The notes under the pieces: model-generated | What the model saw: the letters and a program-made list of their open reading frames with translations, nothing else | What the model was told of the DNA's origin: nothing | Databases searched by the model: none | Part shown: piece by piece, positions 8,976 through 19,328 of the stretch | Position numbering within the stretch: position 1 is the stretch's first letter | Layout of the letters: each line of letters starts with the position of its first letter | Made by a program: the position numbers and the translations under genes | Assembly (NCBI GenBank): GCA_051439605.1 | Contig: JBFRWN010000107.1 | Location: 1-53,890, forward strand | From: Synechococcus sp. | GTDB lineage: Bacteria; Cyanobacteriota; Cyanobacteriia; Thermostichales; PCC-7336 | Length of the DNA stretch: 53,890 nt | Direction of reading: 5' to 3'

Positions 8976-10826
8976 CTAAAAAAACGGTACGGGGAAGGGA
9001 TCGATCGCCTCATCAGATAAAGGTGTTGCGATCGCTCGATCGATGTCCTCAAGGGACAGCGAGTCTGACAGGAGAAAGTTGAATGGGGGTTGGTTGAGGG
9101 TAGTGAGGTACGCATTCGTGAACATCCCTCCCGCATCACTGTTACCTGCTAGATATTTTTGAAAGAAGGCGGTACTCAGCCCCTGCAAAATAAGCTGCGC
9201 CACTTTTGGGTCCGGGCCAATTGCCTCTGCTGGCATTATTGAAAGTCGATGATTGCTGCGTGCTATGCTCTCTTCTCCAAGAAAGGAAAAATGCGTGCCG
9301 GGTACCACGTACAGCAGATATTTTTCTTCCCCACCTGTCCAGACATAGGGGAACACCTGTTCGGGAATTGCAGGTGCAAAGAAATCATTGTCACCTGCAA
9401 CGATTGTCACGGGAATTTGCAAGTTCTTCATCCCCTCCGGGCCAAAGACCGCACTACTGACAGGGTTTAGGGCCATGACCGACACCACGCGCTCGTCCGT
9501 TAAGGAATAGCTGTCTTGCAGCGGCTCTGCTTTAAGCAGCTGACATTGAAGTTCAAAAGAGAGATTAAAGGGCAGCGATTGAGTGGAAGCCGCGCACCGT
9601 TGTCGCAGGTAGTTGATATCTAGTTGGGCCCCCCCCAACGCTAGTGCCGTGTACCCCCCCAGCGACTGTCCTAAAACCCCGACCTTGGAGGCATCTATGC
9701 GTCCCTCTAGACTGCCACCGGGTGCTGTCCTGGTTTCCAGTCTGTCAACCAGCAGCGAAATATCGCGGGGTCGCTCGAGAAACACATCCGTTTCTAGTGG
9801 GGTCACAAATCCTTCCAGCACCCGATCGAAAGTGGAGCTGTTGGTGGCGGGGTGTTCGATCGCTGCAACTGCCATACCATGCGATGCCAGATGTTCAGCC
9901 AGATAACGAAAAGTGGTGCGGTTAGAGCCCAAACCGTGAGAAATCACTACCAAAGGGGCGGGGAGATCGCCAGCGCTTGGCAGGTACAGATCGGCGAGTA
10001 TGGTTTGTTGTCCGGCTCGATTAGGATTTGGAAAGCGCAGAAGTTGCTGGGTCCATTCGCGATCTCCAGCCTGTCGAAAATCGGGCAGTCCCTGGATCTG
10101 CTTGGCCTCAACAGTCTCAGCTCTGACATCCCTTAAATGAACAGAGATTTTTTTCGCTTCCACAAACACTTGCTCGGCCTCTTCAATCGCATCTAATGCG
10201 ACATTTAAATCCAGTTCCACCTCTCGCAGCGGCCATTTTTGAATCACGTTTAAAATCGTGAATCCTTCTTCATCATCAAATGCTGCCAGCACCAAAGCCC
10301 CCCGCAGTGCCTTGAGGGTGGCTTCAGTATCGTTGCTGCGAAACAACACCAACAACCGTTCCAGCAGGATATTGCCCAAGGGGGAATTGACGAATCGCGA
10401 GACAGAGAGGGGCTCGATCTCAAACTTTGTGCCCAGCAACGAGCGGAATTCATCCACTTGTTCGGTATCAAAACGCTTGACGTACCAATTCAATGACCGA
10501 GGAACTTCATCGGTACGCACGAAGGTGGCCAAATCTTCTACTTCAAGCGATCGCTCGGCAGCTCCCACAGAGATGGTTAGCAAGCGAGCTGCATCGGCGG
10601 GTTGGGCAACGGCTGCAGCTGTGAGAACCATTCCTCCTATTGAGAAGGCTAGCCGCTTAGTAATTTCAGCAACCCAATGGTTTAAATTGCCAGAGAACCA
10701 CTGATGGTGAAACAAACGGGATTTGAAGGCAGCAACGGGGACTGCTCGGGGAGATGTCTTAGGGGTCATGTCCTGCCGCAATTCGATAAAAGAGGTTGCA
10801 TAGGTACGAGGGGCCTCATTCAACAC
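8976..10826 (-). CDS. DUF1400-type alpha/beta hydrolase (start uncertain)
   Basis: SHGLGS, GQSLG nucleophile elbow, D in GDNDF, GTHFS; N-terminal DUF1400-like region (ALRGALVLAA). Confidence 0.85.
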   Translation of the reverse strand: MLNEAPRTYATSFIELRQDMTPKTSPRAVPVAAFKSRLFHHQWFSGNLNHWVAEITKRLAFSIGGMVLTAAAVAQPADAARLLTISVGAAERSLEVEDLATFVRTDEVPRSLNWYVKRFDTEQVDEFRSLLGTKFEIEPLSVSRFVNSPLGNILLERLLVLFRSNDTEATLKALRGALVLAAFDDEEGFTILNVIQKWPLREVELDLNVALDAIEEAEQVFVEAKKISVHLRDVRAETVEAKQIQGLPDFRQAGDREWTQQLLRFPNPNRAGQQTILADLYLPSAGDLPAPLVVISHGLGSNRTTFRYLAEHLASHGMAVAAIEHPATNSSTFDRVLEGFVTPLETDVFLERPRDISLLVDRLETRTAPGGSLEGRIDASKVGVLGQSLGGYTALALGGAQLDINYLRQRCAASTQSLPFNLSFELQCQLLKAEPLQDSYSLTDERVVSVMALNPVSSAVFGPEGMKNLQIPVTIVAGDNDFFAPAIPEQVFPYVWTGGEEKYLLYVVPGTHFSFLGEESIARSNHRLSIMPAEAIGPDPKVAQLILQGLSTAFFQKYLAGNSDAGGMFTNAYLTTLNQPPFNFLLSDSLSLEDIDRAIATPLSDEAIDPFPVPFF

Positions 10827-11178
10827 AACTTATCGACCCTTTTTAATCCTGTCATGAGTCGATGTTTGCGACATCGCCCGCTTGAGGGCAGCAGCCACTC
10901 TCAAATACTGTGCTCGAAAAAGACAGCCTTAATTCTTTGCATGTATCGCTGTGAGGGTACCCAGAATTGCTGGCGTCCCCAAAACCTGTAACTCCACAGA
11001 GTGAACTCAATGGATGATTTGACGGATAAGAGTACCGTCAGGGTAAGGACTCACGAGCCGCTAAAGTCGGTTCGTTTAGAGTATTCCATATCAAAAACAG
11101 CCAAAAGAGCCGACTCTATTCAATCTACAATTGGACTTTCTGCTATGGCTCCCGAATCAGTCATTTGCTGGAGCACAT

Positions 11179-12096
11179 TTATCCCACCGCAACTTCAACC
11201 TGATGGACTTGCTCGATCCAAAAGCGGGATAGGGCGGGTAGCCACTGCCAATTTTGGAAATATTCCGGCCCATCTCCAAACGCTACCAGGATGAATGGCG
11301 GGCGATCCTGCAATTTCACGAGTGCACAGTCGTGTCGTGAAAAAGACGTTTCCCCCGCCTTTGACCACAAGCGAGCCGATCGCGGTAAAGCTTCCCCCAA
11401 AAAGCCTTGAATTTGGTTGTCGGGATCTCCGAGATAGGTGGCTGGATCGAGGTCGCGTTCCATCAACTGCAGCATCTGCCGCGATCGATGCGGATTCACG
11501 ACCTGTCCAGCCAGCATAGAATACAGCAACCAAGCGGTGCCGTTCGTACTTAGGGCATTGCGATTATCCCCATTGAGGCTGTAAGACTGGCGATCGCGAC
11601 CGTAGGGACCGTCCGACCAAGTTTTTTGGCAGAAATTCCCCGGCAACCCCAGACTGTGAAAATAGCGATTGAGGGTATTGCGGCGGTTTTGCCATAATTC
11701 AAAAGCTGCGGGGGCCAACTCTGGGCCAGATGTGGTGCCCGTGAGCAAGTCAACAATGAGGGAGGTGGCGTCGTTGCTGGACTCCACAATCATGTTGCGG
11801 CGGGCTCGATCCAGCTCCTCAGAGTGGGTTAATTTACCGGCGTCCTCCCATACGTGGGAGGCGACCAAAAAAAACAGTTTGATTATACTGGCGGGGTAAA
11901 TGAGCGCGTCGCCGCGATGCGATGCCCACGTGGCCGGTTGCTGACCCAAATCGATCGCGGTAAGGGCTATCGTATCGGGATGGACGCCAGGGCGCTCGCG
12001 GTTACCACCATGGTCTCGAACGAGAGCGTCGATGGCCAATTGCAGTTGCTCCTGCAACTGTTCATCCACACAAATGGGTTGCGACTGCTTTTGCAC
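11179..12096 (-). CDS. Serine hydrolase, class A beta-lactamase-like / PBP-A-type
   Basis: SxxK (ASIIK), SSND and SKAG motifs. Confidence 0.85.
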   Translation of the reverse strand: MQKQSQPICVDEQLQEQLQLAIDALVRDHGGNRERPGVHPDTIALTAIDLGQQPATWASHRGDALIYPASIIKLFFLVASHVWEDAGKLTHSEELDRARRNMIVESSNDATSLIVDLLTGTTSGPELAPAAFELWQNRRNTLNRYFHSLGLPGNFCQKTWSDGPYGRDRQSYSLNGDNRNALSTNGTAWLLYSMLAGQVVNPHRSRQMLQLMERDLDPATYLGDPDNQIQGFLGEALPRSARLWSKAGETSFSRHDCALVKLQDRPPFILVAFGDGPEYFQNWQWLPALSRFWIEQVHQVEVAVG

Positions 12097-12114
12097 CTAT
12101 ATTCACCTACAGGT

Positions 12115-12840
12115 ATGCACCAACTGTTCCAAAGTTTAGCCAGCCTTGACCAGTTTGAAACGGCCAGCTGCGATCGCCTCTCCAATCAAATTTGGGCCGG
12201 GCGGTATTTTCAGCTCTTGGATATGCAGGAGGATGGCAGTGGCGAAATCGAGCTATTGGAAGATGGCTATCGTGGGTTTCTGTCTCCAGATGTCCTCAGC
12301 AGCAATTCGATCGCAGCTGTCACTCAACTTCCCCTGTCCACCCCCGCCCTTACTCGCGCCGAGATAGAGCCGTTATTGCCTCAGGTGCTGGCTAGGGCAC
12401 GGCAGGCAAGAGAACTGACAAACCAGTATTTATGGGGGGGCAACATTGGCCCAAATTTCGACTGTTCCGGTCTGGTGCAACGCTGTTTTACGTCAGCGGG
12501 GATTTGGGTGCCGCGAGATTCGTACCAGCAGGCAGAGTTTTGCCAGCCCATCGGCCAACATCCCCCCACCCCTGCAGATTTTGAACAGCTATTACCGGGG
12601 GATCTGATCTTCTTCCAATTTGGTCAACGGGTGGATCACGTCGCTATCTACGGAGGCAGCAGCGCATATTTGCACAGCTCCGGTCGCGATCGCGGCCATA
12701 ACGGCATTGCTTGGGACACGATTTACCCTGTGGAGTCAGATTCGATCGCCCAAACCTACCGGCAGCACATCTGTCAGTTGGGCAGGGTCAACCGCAGTTT
12801 GACATTTCCGGCGATCGAGTTCTCTGCAACCGCCATCTAA
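12115..12840 (+). CDS. NlpC/P60 (C40) cell-wall endopeptidase
   Basis: YLWGG, DCSGL, PRDSYQQ, DHVAIY and YLHSS (Cys-His-His triad); start refined to ATG 12115. Confidence 0.9.
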   Translation: MHQLFQSLASLDQFETASCDRLSNQIWAGRYFQLLDMQEDGSGEIELLEDGYRGFLSPDVLSSNSIAAVTQLPLSTPALTRAEIEPLLPQVLARARQARELTNQYLWGGNIGPNFDCSGLVQRCFTSAGIWVPRDSYQQAEFCQPIGQHPPTPADFEQLLPGDLIFFQFGQRVDHVAIYGGSSAYLHSSGRDRGHNGIAWDTIYPVESDSIAQTYRQHICQLGRVNRSLTFPAIEFSATAI

Positions 12841-12935
12841 TCTGTTATGGCAACTGTTGAGAGTTTGTGTTGATGGGGATGAAACTGTCCTCGTTTTGAA
12901 AAATCAACGAACCAAGCCCGCACCACTCTCTAATT

Positions 12936-13694
12936 ATGGAAATCCATCGCATACCCGTCTTATACGACAACTATGTTTATATTTTGTTTGACCCCAGCGA
13001 TCGCACAGCTGCCGTCGTCGATCCTGCAGTAGCTACGCCGGTCATAGCAAAATTAGCCTCTCTGAATGCTCAGCTGGTCGCCATTTTCAACACCCACCAT
13101 CATTTCGATCACGTGGGGGGCAACCGGCAACTATTGGTTCAGTTCCCCGACGCGGTCGTGTACGGAGGCATTGAAGATCGCGACCGCATTCCCTGTATCT
13201 CAGTAGCGTTAAAGGATGGCGATGTCGTTACGTTCGGGGGGGAATCTGCCACAGTCTATTTTGTGCCGGGACACACCAGAGGGCATATTGCCTATCATTT
13301 CCCAGCTTCAGGCCACTTATTTTGTGGCGATACCTTGTTTGCCGGAGGCTGCGGGCGCTTGTTTGAGGGGACTCCCTCCCAAATGTTGCATTCATTAGAT
13401 CGGCTGCGGCAGTTGCCAGACGACACGTTGGTGTGGTGCGCGCACGAATACACCCTGAATAACCTGAAATTTGCCCTAACGGTGGATGGAGATAATTCCG
13501 CCCTGCAAGAGCGCTACGGACAAGTGGAACAGTTGCGTCAGGGCGATCGGCCCACTGTCCCTTCCACGATCGGTGTCGAAAAAGCCACCAATCCCTTTTT
13601 GAGGTGGGATGACCCTGCTCTCCAGCAGGCGGCTCATATCACCGATGCCGTGCGGGTGTTTGCGCGCATTCGCGGTAAAAAAGACCAATTTTAG
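12936..13694 (+). CDS. gloB: Hydroxyacylglutathione hydrolase (glyoxalase II)
   Basis: [25 protein letters not shown] and TNPFLR motifs. Confidence 0.95.
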   Translation: MEIHRIPVLYDNYVYILFDPSDRTAAVVDPAVATPVIAKLASLNAQLVAIFNTHHHFDHVGGNRQLLVQFPDAVVYGGIEDRDRIPCISVALKDGDVVTFGGESATVYFVPGHTRGHIAYHFPASGHLFCGDTLFAGGCGRLFEGTPSQMLHSLDRLRQLPDDTLVWCAHEYTLNNLKFALTVDGDNSALQERYGQVEQLRQGDRPTVPSTIGVEKATNPFLRWDDPALQQAAHITDAVRVFARIRGKKDQF

Positions 13695-13745
13695 ACTGTT
13701 AAGTAATCCTTAACCCACCCCCCTCATTCAGCGCCTCACCCCGAG

Positions 13746-14993
13746 GTGCATGCTAGGATTGGCGCTAGATTTAGTGTTGGCGCGATGACTTGGGGATCTA
13801 AGGCAGCAGCCGCAATCTCGAATTGTCTGCATCTAGCGACCCCCCGCTGGCGACGCTTGGCGTTCGCAGGGGTGCTATCTGCAGTCTTGGCGATCTTCCC
13901 CCTCATCGCTCCAGACATTGCCCATGCCCAAAGTCTCGATAGTCTCAACCAGCAGCGGCAACAGATGCTGCAACAACTGGAAACCATCCGTTCTCGGTCC
14001 AACTCTCTACAGCAGCAGGAGAACCAAGCCCGCACTCTGTTGCAGGGGGTTCGCTCCGGTATCAATGCGACGGAAACTCGGCTGGCAGATAACGAGTATC
14101 GTCTCAAGCGGGCGCAAGACAATTTAGTCTCATTGCAGCGACAGCTGAAGCTGTCAGAAGAAAAACTGGCTCAACAGCGGGCGAGCGCATCAAACCGCCT
14201 CCGGTACCTGCAGAAGCAGAGTCGCGAGGAACGCTGGTGGGCGTTGATGCTTAACAGTTCGGATATCAACGAGTTTTTCGATCGCCGCTACTATTTCCGG
14301 CTGTTGATGGAATCCGATCGCAAACTCATCAAGGACCTTCAACGATCGGCTAAGGACCTCGAACAAGAGCGCATTTCTCTGGAGGCTCAAAAAAACGAAA
14401 TTGCCTTATTACAGCAACAGTTGATTGCTCAAAAATCCACGCTTGAAGAGCGAGAGAAGCAGCAGGAACAACTCATCTACCGTCTGCGGAACGAGCGAGC
14501 AGCCCATGCTGCCGCCCAACGCCGTTTGGAGGCTGATTCGCAGCAGTTGGCCACCTTGATTCAACGGCTGACGGTTCAACAATCGCAGGGCACAAGTCTA
14601 CAGCAGGGGACTGGTCGCCTCAGTGCCCCGGTGAACGGTCCTGTTAGCAGTCGCTACGGTTGGCGAACCCATCCTGTTTACCGTACCCGCAGGCTGCACA
14701 CCGGTATTGACTACGCCGTTGCCACTGGTACTCCCGTTCGGGCAGCTGACTCAGGTACCGTTCTCTATTCCGGCTGGTACGGGGGGTATGGATATACCGT
14801 CATTGTCAACCACGGCAGCGGACTCACTACCCTTTATGCCCACAATAGTGCTTTGCTAGCCAGCAAAAACCAACGGGTGTCGAAGGGCCAACAACTGGCA
14901 AGATCGGGGTCAACAGGATTATCCACCGGTCCCCACGTGCATTTTGAGGTGCGTAAGAACGGGCAGCCAGTGAATCCAGCAGGATATTTTTGA
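13746..14993 (+). CDS. EnvC-like coiled-coil M23 peptidase / murein hydrolase activator
   Basis: Signal peptide, long Gln-rich coiled coil, HTGID, YAH and HVHFEVR motifs (Zn ligands intact). Confidence 0.9.
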   Translation: MHARIGARFSVGAMTWGSKAAAAISNCLHLATPRWRRLAFAGVLSAVLAIFPLIAPDIAHAQSLDSLNQQRQQMLQQLETIRSRSNSLQQQENQARTLLQGVRSGINATETRLADNEYRLKRAQDNLVSLQRQLKLSEEKLAQQRASASNRLRYLQKQSREERWWALMLNSSDINEFFDRRYYFRLLMESDRKLIKDLQRSAKDLEQERISLEAQKNEIALLQQQLIAQKSTLEEREKQQEQLIYRLRNERAAHAAAQRRLEADSQQLATLIQRLTVQQSQGTSLQQGTGRLSAPVNGPVSSRYGWRTHPVYRTRRLHTGIDYAVATGTPVRAADSGTVLYSGWYGGYGYTVIVNHGSGLTTLYAHNSALLASKNQRVSKGQQLARSGSTGLSTGPHVHFEVRKNGQPVNPAGYF

Positions 14994-15611
14994 TGGTGGA
15001 GGTAAGGACTCGAATAGGTCGCAGCTGCAGCTCTCAATCTAAGATCCAACCTAATCAATCTTGTTTTTCCTGCGAAGTATGCTGTCCGACTTCGGAAGCG
15101 AAAGAATCAACCTGCCACATTTGTAGTTTGATTTTGCTATTTCAAACTGATTAGTTGCACGTATCGTGGGCTTAATGACGCCAACCTATTCAGTTCTCTT
15201 TATTTTGGATAGTCATCACTCCTCCTCTTGCACAAGTCTCTGTATATAATTAACTGACCGCAATTGCGTATTTTCTCTATTTAAAACTTGCAAATGTCAT
15301 CTAAAAGTAAGAACGCATTCAAGCAGAAATACATCGATGTGCGTATAGAGGATTATGACGGTTATGCAGTCAACCGAACGTTGAGTAATCCCAACTTTTC
15401 CAGAGCCAGCATCGTTACCACCGTCTGAGTTTGGGTCACTCTGCTTGCTCGATATACAACCATTCGAAGATATGGTTAATTTCTTGCGATAGCGAATCTA
15501 TTTCCTTAGCGAATCTCATTTTACAACTGAAGGTGAAGAGGGTAAAAATTCTTTTTACATTACTATCTCAATGAGAATCTCGATATTAACTAATAAGTTG
15601 CATTTTTTGTT

Positions 15612-18600
15612 TTGAAATCGAACTTAAGGTCCAATAGTTGCCAAGGATACCTGTTCGATAGTAACGAAATGGGCATCATAGAGCTTAGTACTTCAAAAAG
15701 GTTCTATATGACTGCGAGGCAGGCAGCTCATTGGTCGGGATTGGGCCCAAAATCAGCAATTATTCGTAAACCGTTGATCGTTACTCCCGATGAAACGGTT
15801 ATGGATGCAATTGCTCTGATGAGTGAGGCTCGTGAAACTTGTGTGGCCTCCAGAGCAGTCAATACACAGATGGACGTCGTCAAATCAGACGCGCGAGCCA
15901 GTTGCGTGCTTGTTGTTGAAGGCAATCATTTGCTTGGCATCCTCACAGAGCGAGATATTGTGCGCCTCATCAGTGCCCAAAGCCTATTAGATTCAATCCC
16001 GGTTCGCGAAGCGATGAACAGTCCGGCAATAACCCTAAGTGAAGCTGCATTCACTAATTTGTTTGTTGCGATCGAGCTACTGCAGCAGCATCGCATTCGT
16101 CACCTACCTCTACTGGATTCCGAAGCTCGTCCCTGTGGGTTGCTGACCCACGAAACCCTGCGAAACAGCACTCGGCCCATCGACCTATTAAAAATTCGGA
16201 GCGTCAGCGAAGTCATGACTGCTGAGGTGGTTTGCACTTCCCCCAACAGTTCTATGTTGGAGATTGCCCAACTGATGGCAAGCCGTCGCATCAGCTCGGT
16301 GGTGGTGGTCGAACAACAAACGACCAGTGCAAAAACGGCACCGGTTATCTACCCCATTGGAATAGTCACTGAGAGAGATCTCGTCCAGTTTCAGGCGCTG
16401 AAGTTAGATTGGAAGACCTGTCAGGTGAGTTCTGTCATGAGCGGGCCGGTATTCTCGGTACCCGTGCAGGAGACTCTTTGGGAAGTCCACACAATCATGG
16501 AGGAGCATTGGATCCGCCGGGTAGTGGTGACTTCTGCCGAAGGCCATTTACTGGGGATTGTCACTCAAAGCAGCCTCTTACAAGCCGTCCACCCTTTAGA
16601 ACTACAAGAGCTTGTGGAGATATTAGAAAAAAAAGTCCTGCAGTTGGAGGCAGAAAAAATTGAGTTGCTGGAAGACCGCACCTCCAAACTCAGCAAACAA
16701 GTGGAGATTCGCACGGCTGCCCTCGAAGCAAAGGCCAAGCAAGAACAACTGATTGCTACTGTCTCTGCCCAGATAAGGTCTTCTCTCAATTTATCCGAGG
16801 TGCTAAAAACCGCCGTCGATAAATTGCAGGCAATCTTGAGCTGCGATCGCGTCGCGATTTGGAAAATTCAGCCAGACTGGAAACTTAAGTCCGAAGCCGA
16901 AGCAACATCCGGTAAAATCACCCCCCGGTTGGGGCAGACCGTATTCGATCCCTGTTTTGCCCCCGATTGGTCCGAAGCCTACCGAGATGGTCGCATTCGA
17001 GTGGTGAATGACACCCACACCGCAAGTATTGCAGACTGTCACCGCGAACTGCTGGATTCATTACAAACTCGGGCCAAGGTGCTAGTCCCGATTCTGCATG
17101 ACAATACCCTGTGGGGATTATTGGAAGCCACGGAAAGCTTTAAGCCCCGCCAATGGCAACTCGATGAAGTCGCACTGCTAGAACAACTGGCGGAGCGATT
17201 GGCGATCGCGATTCAGCAAGCCACCGCCTTTCAACAGGCACAAACCGAAATTGCCGAACGCAGACAAGCGGAAGCTCGCCTCCAAGAAAGCGAACGACGC
17301 TACTCGACCCTAGCGACGCTCGCCCCCGTTGGCATCTTTCGGACTGACGCAATCGGGCGCTGTATCTACGTCAACGATCGGTGGTGCAGTTTTACCGGAC
17401 TGACGCAGGAGGAGGCTCTGGTTGACGGGTGGACGAAGGCATTTCATCCCTCCGATCGGCAGGATATCGCCGATGAATGGTACGCTTCCGTTCAAGAGGC
17501 CCGCCCGTTTCGGATGGAATATCGCATCCTCAGGCCAGATGGCAAACTGTTATGGATGTTCGGACAAGCGGTGGCAGAATACGGTACTGACGGCCAGCTG
17601 ACAGGCTATGTCGGGAGCATCACAGATATTAGTTCGTTGAAACAGGCTCAGGAGCTGATCGTCCACAACGCCCGGCACGATCCGTTGACCGGTTTACCCA
17701 ATCGCACGCAATTGACTGAGCGGCTCGAGCGGGCAATTTCCCAAACCCAATCCATCGAGATGTATCGCTATGCGGTGATGTTTTTAGATATCGATGGATT
17801 TAAGGTAATTAACGATAGCTTGGGACATTTAGTCGGAGATGCGGTTCTGATGACTGTTGCCCAACGGCTAAAGGAGCATCTTAGTCCAACAGATCTCGTT
17901 GCCCGCTTGGGAGGTGACGAGTTTGTAGCGGTAATTGATGATATTTCAAGCTCAATCGATGTCCTTCGGGCTGCCAAGCAAATCCTGGACAGTTGTCAGA
18001 ATCCGCTGAGGATTAAAGAACATGAAATGTTCGTCAGCATGAGTATTGGTATCGTGCTAGGAACGAGAGATTACCATCGCGCCTCTGACTTAATTCGGGA
18101 TGCCGATATTGCCATGTATCGAGCTAAAGCACAAGGCAAAAACGCCTACCAGATTTTCGACAGTCACATGCTCGCTCAAGCGCTGCAGCGGATGGAGTTA
18201 GAGCTCAACCTGCGCAAAGCACTCAACAGAGATGAATTTGTTCTGTTCTACCAACCGATTATCGATATCCACAATTATCGCCTGGTTAGTTTTGAGGCAT
18301 TAGTCCGCTGGCAGCATCCCATCAAAGGTTTTATTTCCCCGACAGAATTTATTCCTTTAGCAGAGGAAACTGGGCTAATTAAGATGTTGGATAGATGGGT
18401 GTTACGGACAGCTTGTCAGCAGCTAGCTAGTTGGAGATCTCAGTTTTCTAATTGTTCCAATCTAAAGATGAGTATTAACTTATCGGTCAAGGATCTTCAT
18501 CAACCCGACTTAGTTGATGAGATTTCTCGCACTCTGTTAGAAACAAATTTACCAGGAGAAGCAGTGTGCCTAGAACTCACTGAAAGTATCTTGATCGATA

Positions 18601-19028
18601 ATATTCAACTGACCATTGATGTCTTGACTCAACTAAAAGCTAGAAATATTCAACTGTCCATTGATGATTTTGGTACAGGTTATTCATCGTTGAGCTACCT
18701 TCACAAATTACCGTTTACTCACTTAAAGATTGATCGCTCCTTTGTCAGCCAAATGTCGCCAGGAAACAATAACCATCAGTTCGTCACCACCATTATCGCC
18801 TTAAGCAAGCAACTCAATTTAGAGGTTGTGGCAGAGGGTGTTGAAACCCATCAGCAATTACTGCGACTACAAGAACTTGACTGCGAGCTGGGACAAGGAT
18901 ATCTCTTCTCTAAACCCTTGCCAGCAAATGAAGTTGAGGAAACTTTACTGAGAGCTGATATGGCAGCGTATTGTCCTGACGCTAGCAATCTGCACCCTTC
19001 TCAACAGACCTCAGCCTCCATTCAATAA
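15612..19028 (+). CDS. CBS-GAF (DXCF cyanobacteriochrome)-PAS-GGDEF-EAL c-di-GMP signalling protein; true start probably ATG 15669 or 15708
   Basis: CBS repeats (GILTERD, GIVTERD), GAF with DPCF and DCH, PAS (HPSDR), intact GGDEF, EAL and DDFGTG. Confidence 0.9.
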   Translation: MKSNLRSNSCQGYLFDSNEMGIIELSTSKRFYMTARQAAHWSGLGPKSAIIRKPLIVTPDETVMDAIALMSEARETCVASRAVNTQMDVVKSDARASCVLVVEGNHLLGILTERDIVRLISAQSLLDSIPVREAMNSPAITLSEAAFTNLFVAIELLQQHRIRHLPLLDSEARPCGLLTHETLRNSTRPIDLLKIRSVSEVMTAEVVCTSPNSSMLEIAQLMASRRISSVVVVEQQTTSAKTAPVIYPIGIVTERDLVQFQALKLDWKTCQVSSVMSGPVFSVPVQETLWEVHTIMEEHWIRRVVVTSAEGHLLGIVTQSSLLQAVHPLELQELVEILEKKVLQLEAEKIELLEDRTSKLSKQVEIRTAALEAKAKQEQLIATVSAQIRSSLNLSEVLKTAVDKLQAILSCDRVAIWKIQPDWKLKSEAEATSGKITPRLGQTVFDPCFAPDWSEAYRDGRIRVVNDTHTASIADCHRELLDSLQTRAKVLVPILHDNTLWGLLEATESFKPRQWQLDEVALLEQLAERLAIAIQQATAFQQAQTEIAERRQAEARLQESERRYSTLATLAPVGIFRTDAIGRCIYVNDRWCSFTGLTQEEALVDGWTKAFHPSDRQDIADEWYASVQEARPFRMEYRILRPDGKLLWMFGQAVAEYGTDGQLTGYVGSITDISSLKQAQELIVHNARHDPLTGLPNRTQLTERLERAISQTQSIEMYRYAVMFLDIDGFKVINDSLGHLVGDAVLMTVAQRLKEHLSPTDLVARLGGDEFVAVIDDISSSIDVLRAAKQILDSCQNPLRIKEHEMFVSMSIGIVLGTRDYHRASDLIRDADIAMYRAKAQGKNAYQIFDSHMLAQALQRMELELNLRKALNRDEFVLFYQPIIDIHNYRLVSFEALVRWQHPIKGFISPTEFIPLAEETGLIKMLDRWVLRTACQQLASWRSQFSNCSNLKMSINLSVKDLHQPDLVDEISRTLLETNLPGEAVCLELTESILIDNIQLTIDVLTQLKARNIQLSIDDFGTGYSSLSYLHKLPFTHLKIDRSFVSQMSPGNNNHQFVTTIIALSKQLNLEVVAEGVETHQQLLRLQELDCELGQGYLFSKPLPANEVEETLLRADMAAYCPDASNLHPSQQTSASIQ

Positions 19029-19328
19029 CGCTGTTGCTCAGCTGTTGCTTTGAATATCTGAGTCAGGACAGGCCGCCCTATTGCTCTCTGATGTCTGTAG
19101 GCTCTGCATTGAACGAGTTCTGCCCGGCACGCCAGGCTACAATACGTACTCTCATATATAAAGAACGTAAAATTTGCAATACGCATGAGCAGACTGGGAA
19201 TTATAGATTTGCATATACTCGTGCCTAGTTGGAAGGTTATACATCGACAAAGAAAACTACTCGGTGAATCTACTTGATTTTTTGACAGTCAATCTCCAAG
19301 CCAATATATAGGACCTGACAAACCTGCA

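Noticed and set aside
11179..12096. Antibiotic-resistance beta-lactamase
   Set aside because: No clear signal peptide, and the motifs fit the cyanobacterial PBP-A-like serine hydrolases; resistance cannot be inferred.
11854..12114. N-terminal extension of the NlpC/P60 ORF
   Set aside because: Overlaps the opposite-strand serine hydrolase; ATG 12115 gives a typical length.
15455..15480. AACCATTCGAAGATATGGTT as a c-di-GMP-I riboswitch
   Set aside because: Only a short hairpin; the GGCAAA and GACGCAAAG elements and second stem are missing.
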